In this document: in pieces, positions 1-13,511 of the stretch
Layout of the letters: every line of letters starts with the position of its first letter
Numbering within the stretch: position 1 is the stretch's first letter
Source: Octopus vulgaris
Taxonomy: Eukaryota
Direction: 5' to 3'
Length of the DNA stretch: 64,000 bases
Assembly: GCA_951406725.2 (NCBI GenBank)
Contig: OX597823.1
Location: forward strand, 74,214,001 to 74,278,000
Translations under genes and position numbers: made by a program
The notes under the pieces: generated by a model
Seen by the model: only the letters and a program-made list of their open reading frames with translations
Database searches by the model: none
Told to the model about the DNA's origin: nothing

Positions 1-835
1 AACAAAACCCCATCGTAATTGCTGAGGAACTATTAGAAAAGCTTGGATTTGGTCATTTAACCATTCATCGATATCTGCGTGCCATCGGAAACGTCAGCTA
101 ATTGGGTCAATGTATTCCTCACAAACATCCTGAGTTTAATCGTGCGCAGAGTGTGAATGTGTGCTCTTCTTTGCTGTCAATTCTCACGATTGATCCTTTT
201 TTGGAAAGAATAGTGACTGGTGACGAGAAATGGGTTCTATATAAAAATGTCAAGCGCCGAAGACAGAGTGTAGGGAAAGGAGAAACATAGGCACCCCAGG
301 CTAAAGAAGGTGTTCACCTACGTAAGGTGTTGTTATCTGTTTAAACCCCAACCAAACTATAACAAAGGAGATCTATTGCAAGCAACCTGAGTGGCTTAAG
401 TCATTGCTTGAAGAAAACGGCTTTCTTTGGTTTCAAGACGAAAGGTGTTCGTCTATGAGGATAATGCTCGGCCACATACAGCGAGGATGACATTCCAAAG
501 GCTGGAACAGTTTGAATGAGAAACAATGCCCTACCCACCATATTTGCCGGACATTGCCCCAACTGATTATCATTTATTCAGCAGTCTTCAAAATCATTTG
601 GACGGGAAAAAAATGAATTCTGTAGACGAAGTCAGAACAGTACTGGAGGGGTACTTTCATCACGGACAAGTGAGTTTGAGAAGAGGAGCCATGCAAGACT
701 ATCAGATAAATGGAAGAGCATTGTAGAAAATGGAGGAGAGTATATTTTAAATTAAAACAGAACTGTGTTTATCTTAATTTTAAAAACTAAAAGAAGTATA
801 AAAAACAAACGCATTATTCATGGGATGACCGAATA
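1..835 (+). mobile_element. Decayed mariner (DD34D) transposon: 3' part of the transposase and probable right TIR
   Basis: Translated fragments RIVTGDEKWVLY (first catalytic D), YEDNARPH (second D; cf. HDNARPH) and PYLPDIAPTDYHLF (cf. YSPDLAPSDYHLF), broken by stops and frameshifts. TIR-like CGCATTATTCATGGGATGACCGAATA ending in TA at ~810-835. Confidence 0.9.
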
Positions 836-1327
836 CTAACTTTCATTTACATAGCACTGCAGTTACGCCTAGTCGTATAAACTTAACCCTGATATATACA
901 TAAAGATGTAATATAAGAATATTAAGATTTGTTAAATCTTTGCCAATCTTTACTAGCCAGCAGCATAATTTTATTGATAGACTATATCTTCGATTTCATT
1001 CCAAATTTAAGACTGTAAAGTTAAAATTGTTTACTTCTTGATGTAAAGTGAAGAGGAATAGATAACAACTCTCAAGACAGAAGTGGTGACCAATATATAG
1101 TAATGATTATAGATTTCAGAAATGATGTCTCTGAAAACTGTATAATAAATACTACCTATGTAGACTTTTACATCATCTAAGCAATCAAATGTTTCAAACA
1201 AAATATAATTTCAAAGAAAATTATACTTTTCATGTTTCTCAGCAAACTTTCATTCATTTAAAGATTTTCAAAATAACTGTTGTAGTTCCATGGACAGACA
1301 CTATTAGTATTTCATAAGTCCTACTTG

Positions 1328-1860
<533 letters not shown>

Positions 1861-2232
1861 CCGCAATATAGAGAGCTAGTTAACTATCTAGCTTATGACA
1901 TAAATGGGCAGAGAACGAAGTTGAACACAATAGATTATAATAGAACTTATTCAGTTGATTAATCCACATAGGTTGTGTAACGAAATGTTAAGTGAAATAA
2001 AAATCTGATTAACACTTGGCCTTGCAGGTAACCTATTATGGTAATGGAATCACACAAATTGGCAAACGGAAGAAATAACAGAGTACTACTTCTAAGCATT
2101 GTGGTCCTCCGTCATGAAAGCCTACTTTTCCACTCAATCTTGCCAGTGAAATGTTGGGTTTGATATAATAGCCGAAACTTGGTTTCACGTCTTCATTAAA
2201 AGTCGTTATTAGAAACAAATAGAGCGATGGGA

Positions 2233-2655
2233 GGGCGGTGAGCTGGCAGAAACGTTAGCCCGCCGGGCGAAATGCTTTGTGGTATTTTGTCCGCCGCTAC
2301 GTTCTGAGTTCAAATTCTGCCGAGGTCGACTTTGCCTTTCATCCTTTCGGAGTCGATTAAATAAGTACCAGTTACGCACTGGAGTCGATGTAATCGACTT
2401 AATCCGTTTGTCTGTTCTTGTTTGTCCTCTCTGTGTTTAGCCCCTTGTGGGTAGTAAAGAAATAGGTATTTCGTCTACCATTACGTCTGAGTTCAAATTC
2501 CACCGAGGTCGACTTTGCCTTTCATCCTTTCGGGGTCGATAAATTAGGTACCCGTTACGTACTGGGGGTTGATGTAATCGACTTAATCCGTTTGTCTGTC
2601 CTTGTTTGTCCCCTCTACGTTTAGCCCCTTGCGCGTAATAAATAAATAAATAAAT
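2233..2655 (+). mobile_element. tRNA-derived SINE family B (Nin/Deu-like central domain): one full copy plus a 5'-truncated tandem copy
   Basis: Head GGCGGTGAGCTGGCAGAA, B-box GAGTTCAAAT, core GCCTTTCATCCTTTCGGGGTCGATAAAT. Second unit starts ~2466. 15-bp TSD AACAAATAGAGCGAT at 2214-2228 and 2656-2670. Confidence 0.9.
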
Positions 2656-3085
2656 AACAAATAGAGCGATAGATTGGTAGAATTGATTGAGTGACAAACA
2701 AAATATCTCAAGATATTCAATTACATCATTTGAGTTTATGCGTTCGAATTCTGCCCGTGTTGAGTTTGTTTTATAACTGCTCTGGGTTATGATTACTTTG
2801 ACAACACTGCTCCTCAGAAAGTTGTGACCTTGAAAAAATAAAGGAATAACTTTGAACATTACACTGGATTACATAAAATTCTTTACGCACGAGCGGAGAA
2901 ACCTGGGTGCAGGTCTTTGATTTGCTAGAAATAGCAACCATATCTTCCTATTGCAACGAGAAAGAAACTTTAGATAATATAGCCAGGACATACAAAAGGG
3001 CGAGATATTTGGAACACCTTTGATAGGGGTTAATTTTAGCGTAAAGAAATAACAATAACATCACCTTTTTAACATACATTGTTAT

Positions 3086-3309
3086 CTTTACTCTTTTACT
3101 TGTTTCAGTTATTTGATTGTGGCCATGCTGGAGCACCGCCTTTTGTCGAGCAATTCGACCCCAGGACTTATTCTTTGTAAGCCTAGTACTTATTCTATCG
3201 GTTTCTTTTGCCGATCCGCTAAGTTACGGGTACGTAAACACACCAGCATTGGTTGTCAAGCGATGTTGGGAGGACAAACACAGACACACAAACTTATACA
3301 CGTACATAC

Positions 3310-3348
<39 letters not shown>

Positions 3349-3512
3349 CGACGAGCTTCTTTCAGTTTCCGTCTACCAAATCCACTCCCAATGCTTTGGT
3401 CGGCCCGAGGCTATAGTAGAAAACACTTGCCCAAAGGGCCACGCAGTGGGACTGAACCTGAAATCATGTGGGTGGTAAACAAGCTATTTACCACACAGCC
3501 ACTCCTACGCCT
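3086..3512 (-). mobile_element. tRNA-derived SINE family A (dominant family, internal microsatellite)
   Basis: Head AGGCGYAGGAGTGGCTGTGTGGT with B-box-like GGTTCAGTCCC, internal (TA)n, 3' end GGCGGTGCTCCAGCATGGCC...CTGAAACAAGTAAAAGAG. Many copies in the window. Confidence 0.92.
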
Positions 3513-5192
3513 ATATATTAAACAGAGGCAAAGTGCCATAAATTGTTAAGGTGCAAGGGATTCGGCATTGCCGATTAATTCCACTTTTGTTCATTAGTAA
3601 TAGTTCATGGCCCATGGAAGTATGAAAAGTGAAGTTGATTCTGGCGGTGTTAGAACTCAGAATAATGAAGGGCAATGATAATGTAAAGTTTCGATTGCAC
3701 GTTACTACTGAATTTGTTTTTGCATGTTGTTACTCATGAAAATACTTTAACTTGTGCCAACCCACAAGGGACAGAGGGCAAGTCAGCTTCAGCATGCTTT
3801 GATCCCAGTGTTAAGGGGACCACCGCCCTTGCTAACTTCATTTTTTAAATTTTGATCTTAGTAATCTGTACGATGCAGTTTATTACTTTATAAAAGAAAA
3901 TAGCAAACTTCAATATCTCGAGGTTGGAAGATTTCAATATTTTATCAAAAATACTGATTACATAAACCGGTTCCAGTAACAACAGTAAAAACAAGAATAA
4001 CATGGACACCGAATAATCGCAACAACGAAATAAGCATTTTAGCAGAATAATAAGTAACTCACTTTTGCAAATTTCCACGATGTATTTGGCTTGTATATTC
4101 AGGAAATATAGCAATAATTGCAAAGAAATGCCAACTTATTCAAACAGGAAATTGTTCTAGCAAAGATATCAAATAAACAGTATCGTAAGTTAAAAATGAA
4201 AAACTAGTTGTCACCTGAGGTGTTATTGCAAGTGAGTATCAAATTAAGAAGCAGTACGAAGTCAGAAACACTTAAATGGAAGTATGTCTATCATTATTTA
4301 ATAAAGAAGTATTATTATTAAGTATGGCAACTTATGTTTCTTTGCATTCTGAGTTCCAATCCCGCTGAGAACGACTTTGCTTTTCACCCTTCCGGCTCTA
4401 TAAAGCGAGAATTCGTCAAATACTGAGATCAATATAATCGGCTCTTATCTTCTCCAGCTTGTGCATATGTTAGAAAATAACGTAGGAAGGGAACCACATT
4501 GATAGTTGCCGCTGGCCATATTGTTTCTTTTAAATATTTCTTTGCGGGGAATAGAAATAAAATGAGGTAAAAAAAAAGAACTGTCGAAATAAGCCAGAAA
4601 TGTGAGCTGGCGTTGTTATTATCTGCCAATAATGGAAATGCTGAAGAGAAAATTGTTAATAGTAAAAAAAAGAGAAATGAAAGCTAACAAAAGAAATAGG
4701 TTTAACTGGTGCTCCTGATGTTGTTTGACTCTATATAAATACGCGATGGACAAACTATGAATGGTTACATTTCATTTTCATCATCCTTAAGTTTATAGGA
4801 ATCCTACCAATGCACGACCTTTTTGAGAAATGTAGGATGTTCGGCTTCTATGTCTTTGCTGAGGTATGTTAGTCCTGCGATTTTGCTGTTGCGTGGTCGG
4901 TAATCGAGAAGTACGATGTGCATTCCAGAAGTTTTGAGAATTATTTTAGGAGAGGCAGTTATAACTATCTTTAATATTCATCTAATACGCTGTGCTGCCA
5001 ACTCTTGTTATTCAAAATTGAAGAAGACAGCTATAACAGCTCTTTGAACACACCCTAATAAACACTGCTTGTTACAGCTGACTATTTTGCAGAATGCAGT
5101 CGGGAAACGAAGGCAATATTCGCCATAGATAGAACATGTCAAGATCACTGCTTTTTGCAGCTGTTATCAGTTTCTTGCGAGCTTTAATGACT

Positions 5193-5429
5193 GTGGAGGC
5201 ACATGGCCTAGTGGTTAGAGTAGCGGACTCGCGGTCGAGGGATCGCGTGTTCGAATCTCAGACCGGGTGATGTGTGTGTTTATGAGCGAAACACCTAAGA
5301 TCCACGCGGCTCCGGCAGAAGGTAATGGCGAACTTCTGCTGACTCTTTTGTCACAACTTTCTCTCACTCTTTCCTTCAAGGAAACCGGGAAACCGGCCCT
5401 TATGAGCCAGGCGTGGCTCGAGACGGAAG
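5193..5429 (+). mobile_element. tRNA(Arg)-like SINE family C
   Basis: A-box TGGCCTAGTGG, anticodon arm GCGGACTCGCGGTC, B-box GTGTTCGAATC. 14-bp TSD GAGCTTTAATGACT at 5179-5192 and 5430-5443. Confidence 0.9.
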
Positions 5430-5639
5430 GAGCTTTAATGACTATGGCGGAATTCCCTCTTCATGCTAGGCAAGTACCTCTAATATTTGTATGTGTACTG
5501 ACTTTGAAACTACATTGTAGGACCTTGTTCTAAAAGGAAACTCCGATAATATCTTGTAGTCGCTGTGACTTTGTTCATTGTACATTTGTATGTTATATTT
5601 TCACCAATACCTATCTATTTGTAGCACAAATAATGTTAA

Positions 5640-6800
5640 ACAGGGAGCAGTGTTTTGCGTTCATCCCTTAAATATGAAGATATTTTTTCATGACCTCCAT
5701 ATATGTGTGTAATCCAAACTCTAGTATTGTAAATAGTTCCAGAATTCATATTTACATCGTCCATAAACTAAGTATGGGTTTTATTAATGTATCTTTCCGT
5801 TGTAGACTCTACAACATAACCACTATACTTTTGTTTAAAAAAATGATTGGGTATATTGCTAAAGTAAACGGAAGCGCAGATTCAGTATATTATAGAAACA
5901 TTCCTTTTGAAATGTTTATAATACCACAGACAGATATTCAGCTTTTAGTTACAAGTGCATGAATTGTCGATCGGTCTTTGTGAGAAATTCGATGGCATCA
6001 ACAAAAGCAGAATTTGCCAACTGCTGTAACTTCAGTAGCCATGGATAAAGAACAGAATTAAATATATTTCCGTAATCAAGCCTGTCACAAGATTTTGGTA
6101 TCTCAGACAGCGCAGCTTTATTTATGAAAAAGAAAAAAATTATCTTTCCGGCTCGAAATATCCTCACACTCTTCTCTTTCCGTCTGCCTGCTAATCAGTC
6201 ACTGTTTTATTAGGCTCACAATGTGATTGAAGAAATTAGTTTAGACAGTTTGTGTAAAATTTGTATATAATGGGTCTATAGATTTGTGCCAAGTCAGTGT
6301 TTTCATTATTGGTCATAAGATTTGTCCATCTTACGGCAAAATAATTTCAGTGTGTCAATCTGACCTTCTATGATTCTTTGAAATATACATAGTAATGACT
6401 TTATAGTACAGCAACATCTTGTGCCAGTATCCATCTGTTATGTATCATCCTGCCTTCTTTATATAATTTAGCTTCGCCAAAGCTTTGGTGCAAGTTTCAA
6501 AGACCAATATATTACATTTACTATTGATATCGATACAGTATTGATGATATCCACGATGGTATCTATGATGCACTCTGATTAAAATTTTTCCTTTCATTCA
6601 AGATCATAAGCGTTATTCCTGAGAAAACTTTTCTTTCACAAAGGTAATGCTTCTTCTTCATTCTCCTGTATACAGCTTGTGGGTTAAAAGCAAACTTATG
6701 ATTAATGCTGGTTCGATCTTCTGTTTTATTTCGTTAACATTTTTTTTTATTCACTCAGCATCTTAACTTCAAACTTTGAAGTTATTCGATATTCTCCAAT
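5640..6800 (-). mobile_element. Highly decayed R4/Dong-type (R2 group) non-LTR retrotransposon RT region
   Basis: Minus-strand motifs in the expected order: DGYWHK, YRPI..YKFYTNCLN.FLQSHCE, QADGK, LDYGNIFNSVLYPWL (cf. LDYKKAFDSVPHSWL), KGMFL..SALPFTLAIYP (cf. RGIFQGDSLSPLLF), FMDD (5756-5767). Many stops. Confidence 0.65.
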
Positions 6801-6999
6801 TTCTTGGTTTGTGGAATCTCAGAATATTGTTGATCACCGTATATGATGTAACTGATGTGCTGTCATATTATCCGCTTTTATTATGATATCTAAATATCCG
6901 ATACTACGGTGCAGAGTATTTATATTTTCTCATTTAGTTATTTATCTACTTGGATTGCTTACTATGACTTACATTAGCGAGCGCTCTGCAGCGAGGAGA

Positions 7000-7480
7000 G
7001 GTCGAACATATGTCAACAGTAAGAAGACCAAAACACTGCTGATGTTATAAAACAACATTACACAAAAACCATTTGAATATGAACCGTATATAATTAGAAC
7101 CTTCACGACTGCTCCAAACGTTTAACCAAGCATAGCAGCCGGATTTCTGGTCATTATCTTCAGAGCAAAAGGGGTTTCAACCTTCAACAATTATTGACAC
7201 TTTGCAAGGTAATATAGCTCTGTACACGCGTCTGGGTGGCTTCGGCGCTGTCCACACAGACATTCTAAACTACATCCAGAATAAGATCATCCGACTAATC
7301 GCTATAGTCAGATATCTAGCCCTACTTTGAAGGTCACTGCACTTACGAGATACTGGTCTTATGCTACCCTGCACTTAAACATTCTCGGCTCACTCTACTT
7401 TTCTCAACGCCCTTGCTGTGTCCAATACCTCAAGCCACAAATAAACCACAGCCAAATTTTATTAATTCCCTAAGCGCTAC
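7000..7480 (+). mobile_element. Decayed CR1/Jockey-group LINE, C-terminal RT remnant
   Basis: Fragment GGFGAVHTDILNYIQNKIIRLI (cf. WGG...LDRIQKKAIRLI); related to 24530-25200. Confidence 0.5.
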
Positions 7481-8097
7481 ATCTGGTTTTCTTTCTTTCT
7501 TTGTTTCATTCTCTCTCTTTCTGCCTGTCTTTCTGTTCATTTCATTATCGCAGGCCTTGGCTGCCAAGAGTTGTAAAGGAACACAAACAGCGACTAAAGT
7601 AAAAGAAACATGTACAGTTTTTCTTCATACTGACGGCAGCAGATCTTTCAATTTGCAACGAGCGAAATCAAGCATATTGAATATCCAAAAGGTTTCGTTT
7701 GGCGCTTACATTGTTATTCATCACTGCTGAATACAACTGGATCGACTGCATGAGGAAATGAGGATGACAAGCAAATGTAATATGGCAGATAAATATATTT
7801 AGTTATTTTAGGTTGAATTTTAACTCTACCATCGCAAGAAAAGTAAAACACATCTACGGTAATAGATATATGTTGTTGGGGTTACCTTTTTCCATATGTC
7901 TATTAGTATATCTGTGTTTCCATTGTCTTCTATCTGTCTGAATAGCTAAGTGGATCCCCAAGTGTCAAGTTTATATATTTCTAGTCATACGTGTGCATCA
8001 ATACGAATCCATAAATGCGTATTGGTGAATAATTCTATTTATACCAGTATAGTTATTAGTAAGCACGTGTCTTTGTATTCTTGTATGCGTGTGCTAA

Positions 8098-8422
8098 GGC
8101 GGCAAGATGACGGAGTCGTTAGGATGCAAGGCAAAATAATAAGCGATATTTCATCTGTGTTTAGGTTCTGAGTTCAAATTTTACCGAGGTCGAATCTGCC
8201 ATTTATTCTTTCGGAATCGATAAAATTAGTACCAGTTAAGGTCTGGGTGTCGATGTAATCAATGTAACCTTTCGGCGAAATGGGCCTTGTGCTAAAATTT
8301 GAAATCAGTATTATGACTGTCAGGCGGTAACCTGGAGCAGAATCGTTATCGTGCCGGACAAAGGTGTAGTGGCAATTTGTCCGTCTTTACGTTCTGAGTG
8401 CGAATTCCGCCGAGGTCGACTT
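8098..8422 (+). mobile_element. Two degenerate SINE family B copies
   Basis: GTTCTGAGTTCAAATT..CCGAGGTCGA motifs at ~8165 and ~8392. Confidence 0.75.
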
Positions 8423-8977
8423 TAATACAATCATAAAATGGTTTTATTAAATTAAAAAACAAACTTTCCCCTGTATAAAAAAGATCTTTGAATAATTAAA
8501 AAAAATATCATCTTTGTAAGACATCTTTGAAAGAAAAAGCAGTGTTAATTTGCTTATGTATAAGAGAATGTTTTAATTAATCCTTTTGTGCAAGAATTTT
8601 TTTTTTAAATACATACATATATATTACACACACAGTCACAAATATATATATATATACCAACAAACATTTAAAAGCGTGTGTGTTTTTGCGTGTGTATGCT
8701 TGTGTTAAAGTTTGCTTTGTGGGAGAATAATGCATTCATTTTCTCCCTTGATCGTTAATAGTAAGACGTAATTATTTGATTCTTGGAGATCCCAGTTGTG
8801 AGCCCACTCATGCTGTTGGAAATCATGTGCTCGTACTCCCTGTAAAAATATGCTAATGCCATCAAAATACTTTCTCGTCTTATTCATCTGGAACAAGTCA
8901 GCAACCAGATTGAAAATTTCCTTCCCTCCGAGCTACACTTGATGCCATTAACACAACTCATTCTATTCAGGCTGATA

Positions 8978-9372
8978 TACTCTTTTACTTGTTTCAGTCA
9001 TTTGACTGCGGCCATGCTGGAGCACCGCCTTTAATCGAGCAACTCGACGCCGGGACTTATTCTTTGTAAGCCCAGTACTTATTCTATCGGTCTCTTTTGC
9101 TGAACCGCTAAGTAACGGGGACATAAACACACCAGCATCGGTTGTCAAGCAATGCTAGGGGGACAAACACAGACACACAAACACACACACACATATATAT
9201 ATATACATATATACGACGGGCTTCTTTCAGTTTCCGTCTATCAAATCTACTCAAAAGGCTTTGGTCGGCCCGAGGCTATAGTAGAAGACACTTGCCCAAG
9301 GTGCCATGCAGTGGGACTGAACCCGGAACCATGTGGTTGGTAAACAAGCTACTTACCACACAGCCACTCCTG
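8978..9372 (-). mobile_element. SINE family A
   Basis: Near-identical to 3086-3512. Confidence 0.92.
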
Positions 9373-12300
9373 ATATGTATAATAATACACAATATGCTTT
9401 CTGTCATGTTATTTTCAGTAATATCGATAACTTATAGGAGATTGTTTGCTTATGGAAAAGATTCATCACATCGAATTGAACATTTTGCATTTGTTTTTCC
9501 TTTGGAAGACGCTATGACAAACGATTCTCTACATATTCAACTCCTAAACTATTTTATATAAGTTTTTACTCCATCAAATAACATTTAGCTATATATGCCA
9601 AAAATCACTTTGATGAAAGTTGTTTTTGGTCATTTTAGTTGGTCTTGTGACCATCTCCTCTGCTGAGTTGATTTCATTGTATGAATTACTGGTATGGCAT
9701 TTGTGAAGAGTTTTTAACAGTGTTGTGTAAAAAAAAACAATTGTAAAGACCAAGGATTACCGTTTAAAGGATAGCTGTTCTGTTTACATATATAAATGTG
9801 TTATGAGTTGACATGTTAAAAGATGTAATGACAAGTTGAAAAAAAAAAAGGAAATTTCTTCAACAACGCTTTAAATAATAATATTATTTAAAGTAGTAAT
9901 GTATATAATTTTTAGTTTGTTGTGTATTTTTGTAAATAGGTGTGTAGGAAATATAGAATATTTGAACAGCAAGAAAATTCGAGAGAGGTCTTAACGTGCG
10001 CCTCATGGTATATAGACTTCAGCTGCAATAAGAGGACCAGCTTCTGGGATTCGAGATGGTTCTTTTTGCATTTAGGTGCGAAAATGAAAGAGCTTCATTT
10101 TTGTCTGCTGTAAAAAAAAATATCGCCAGCTGGAAAAAATGTCAATAGTTATTTTATTAAAGTTCAGGAATATAATATAGCTAATAGTAATCGACAGTAA
10201 CTTTTAACATAGATGATGTGAGTTCAAATCCAAGGAAGCTATATTCTGCAGGAATCCTCTCGAAGTGTGTTTGTTGTAAGTCAAGCAAAGAAATCAAGCA
10301 ATCAGATGGTCAAACTCACTGATGCTCATAGATAGTATCCGATGCAAATTAAATAAAACCAACTGGTAAAACAGGAAACTTTCACTGCTCAGTTCGTAAA
10401 TTGCATAATTGTTGGAAAATATTCTTGTATAAATATAGTCATTAAAGATTGAAGGATCAATATGGTGTATACAAACATACAAAAGTGTGCTACAATGCAT
10501 TTTTATCAGTGAAGTTGTTCAGTTTATAAATTGTTCAAATTTTAAAGATGGTTCTTGAATTTACTACTGTCAGTAAAAAGTGAATAACGAAAGAGATGCG
10601 TGTATCAATATATATAACAATATTACAGGCAAGTTAACATGTTAAAACTGTGCGCGTGTGTTTGGCTGGCTAGTGATAGTATTTTGTGATTGAATGTCTG
10701 TATACTACATGGCAAAATTGATATATGCGGAAGGAGTCAAGGAAAGTGATCGCATACATGCTGTTTGTAAAGTTGACGGTGACGAAGCTGACGACAATGA
10801 ACTCTCTAACAGGACGCGTGAAATCTATTTCGTGGCATGTTGTAAATTTCAGGTAGCTGCGTTGTAAATAGTTGAATTAATTATGAAGAGCTTTGGTTGA
10901 AACTGATCGCCTTGGTTGGCTGTGGAAATGAAGAGAAGCTGCTATTTGTGGATGATGGAACGGGGCTTGTGTTTTTAAATGGTTGTCGGTGATGAAAACA
11001 TAATGGCTTGTGTCTGTCTGTCGAGGGTATACATCGAGTCTTTCAGCTATGTTTGCATAGCAAGAATGAATCTACTTCGTCTTTGGTGGTAATTCTTACT
11101 AGTATCAAGAACCAGATAGCTAATGCTTCAAGACTATAAAGAGATATGGAGACATACATTTTGGGAAAATGTTTGTAATAATTTACATCTGCGGAATAAT
11201 TCAGAATTAAACTCGTGTTTCCTTGTGAGACTTACTGCATGCAGAGTTTTGTTTGAAGTAAATGTTCGATTGCTGCCAATAGACAAAGAAGGATAAGTAA
11301 CTGTAAGCTGTGAGATGGATTATAACAGTAATGTGTATACATTCATATGATCAATATTAAAGAAATTTGTTGAGGAAACTTAGTTTGAAAATTTGAGTAA
11401 AGCTATGGTTAGCCCGTGTTTTCAGGAACTCCATGGCGTGAAGTGAGATTAAAACCAGTGAACTCTTGGTCTGTAGCGTCAGAGCTTTTGAATCCCATTT
11501 TGGTGGCGTCTGCATTAAACCATGTATAGTCACGAATATGATTACAATATGAAGTAATTGCTGTGATAGAACTGACGTGCTACTGTGCAGTATTTATTTT
11601 AAAGCTGTGTTTCATGGTCTATATTGCTATTAGTCAAGACTTACCAAATTTGACAAAAAGAAATGTTGGTTTAGTATCTTTGAACATTAAGCACCGGTCG
11701 ATTTTTTTTATAAGCTGGAAACCAATTTGCCCAAGTCGGTATTCCATACTTCTCCAGTTCAGTAGTTAGTCAGCAGTAGAATGTTTATTTTAAGCTGCAT
11801 TAGTGTATCTTAGACGAAATTTCGTCTACCGTAAAATATACATGAATCTGAGCAAAATATCGATAGATCATCGTTCACAGCAGAGGCATCGAAAATGAAG
11901 TCACTGTTTGCTGGAATTGGATTCAAAATACCACCACAGGTGACAATAAAAATTTCACGTTGCGCTAGATTAGCAAAGGAAGAACTAAAGTAACTGGAAT
12001 ATACAGCAAATTATTAAAGCATACAGATAAAAAAATTATACGATTTTATATCAGTCGGGAGAGCAGAAAAATAATTTCCAATAGTGGCGACAATTCGTTT
12101 CTCTTTCAATTATTTGTCTATCTGTGACTATTAATACAATGTGGAGGCTGCATAATTTTCATCATTCTTTGAGGGATAGAAGTTTTTGTAGTGCTATGAA
12201 TTTAAATGTTAATATACATGTAACGACTAGTTGAAAGACAGGAAATATCTCCAACTATATTTTTGATAACACTAAACAGTCATATACAAACTGTGTAGTT

Positions 12301-12408
12301 TCATACGTAATTTGTAGAGAGATGTGTGTGGAATAGTGGAATAGTTGAATAGCAAGATAGATAGATAGAGAGAATTATGAGTCATCTTAACATGCAAGCA
12401 CTACATGA

Positions 12409-12733
12409 TACTTGTACTTGTACTTGTGGAGACATTCACACTGGGTGGGTTGAGTCGGCTTCTTCTAACCACCCTCAAGGCATCTCGAACCATGGCAGTC
12501 CACGCACGACGGTCCTGCACCAGTTCACTGGAGATAGCGAGCCAGTCACAGTTCCATCGCCGCAGGCCGACCACCTGCGGACCCATGAGCACGGGGAGGT
12601 TCTCCTTGATCGTCGTAACCCAGGTCTTCAGCTGCCCGTCCGCGCGTTTCCGCCAGTTGGGAAGTGGAGTTGGGAGAAGGACATCACGGCTCAGTTCACC
12701 CACCGGATGCCTACATGCATGGCCAAACAATAA
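12409..12733 (-). mobile_element. 3' end of an RTE-clade LINE (5'-truncated)
   Basis: FGHACRHP...WRKRADGQLKTWVTTIKE...VQDRRAW, a typical RTE C-terminus. (CAAGTA)n tail. GC-rich against the flanks. Confidence 0.85.
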
Positions 12734-13438
12734 GAGGAATTTCTGAGGAGAACCAAATTCCAGCATTTATATTGGCTTGCTAAAAATGTTTGAGAAGTTT
12801 CTTTTTTAGATTTAGGTGCAAAAGCAAAAAGGAAAAGCTTCTTTTTTCGGTTAACTTCTATCAAAACTGGCGTCATAAAAGATTTACTGAAAACAGTGTC
12901 AGTAGGAGATTTCATAATGTTCAGGAATACGTTCTAACTAGTCAGTCAACATCAATTTTAAACTAAATCCATAGAAGCTCCTTACTCTGCATATATATGT
13001 AGGATTTTAAAGACTTGTACATTTCTAATTCTGAATTACGCGTCTATGGGTAGTAATTATTTATGTTAGAGAGTTCTGTATTCTTTATGAAAGAGATAGT
13101 TTTAAAATGTAACTAGTTAGTTTGAGGAGAACATAACCATGATTTCAATCGGAAACCCTTTTCAACGTTAGGGCTTGATTTTCGTTTTCGTGGAAATAGA
13201 TTTTCTGCATTCTAGGAGCAGTCATCTTCATCTTAATTGTGATACTCTCACTGTCAAACCTAAATATATAACTTCAACAGTATCTTCAGATATTTTAGCA
13301 AATCTTACATTTTGTGTGTCACTGAAATGGTAAAATTACTACTTACGCTAATAGAAAAGTTTCAGCAGAAAAAAAATATATATACTCAAATCACATTGGG
13401 TATATTTAATTCTAGTTTCTTCGCGGAAAAAAATGTAG

Positions 13439-13511
<73 letters not shown>

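Noticed and set aside
3113-3549. Recurrent small ORFs (GRPEAIVEDTCP, RRASFSFRLPNPL) in many places
   Set aside because: They are antisense translations of SINE family A, not a protein family.
5193-5265. tRNA-Arg gene (also tRNA-like heads at 16476, 18800 and 37660)
   Set aside because: No proper acceptor stem; each continues into a repeat body, and TSDs flank the 5193 and 16431 copies.
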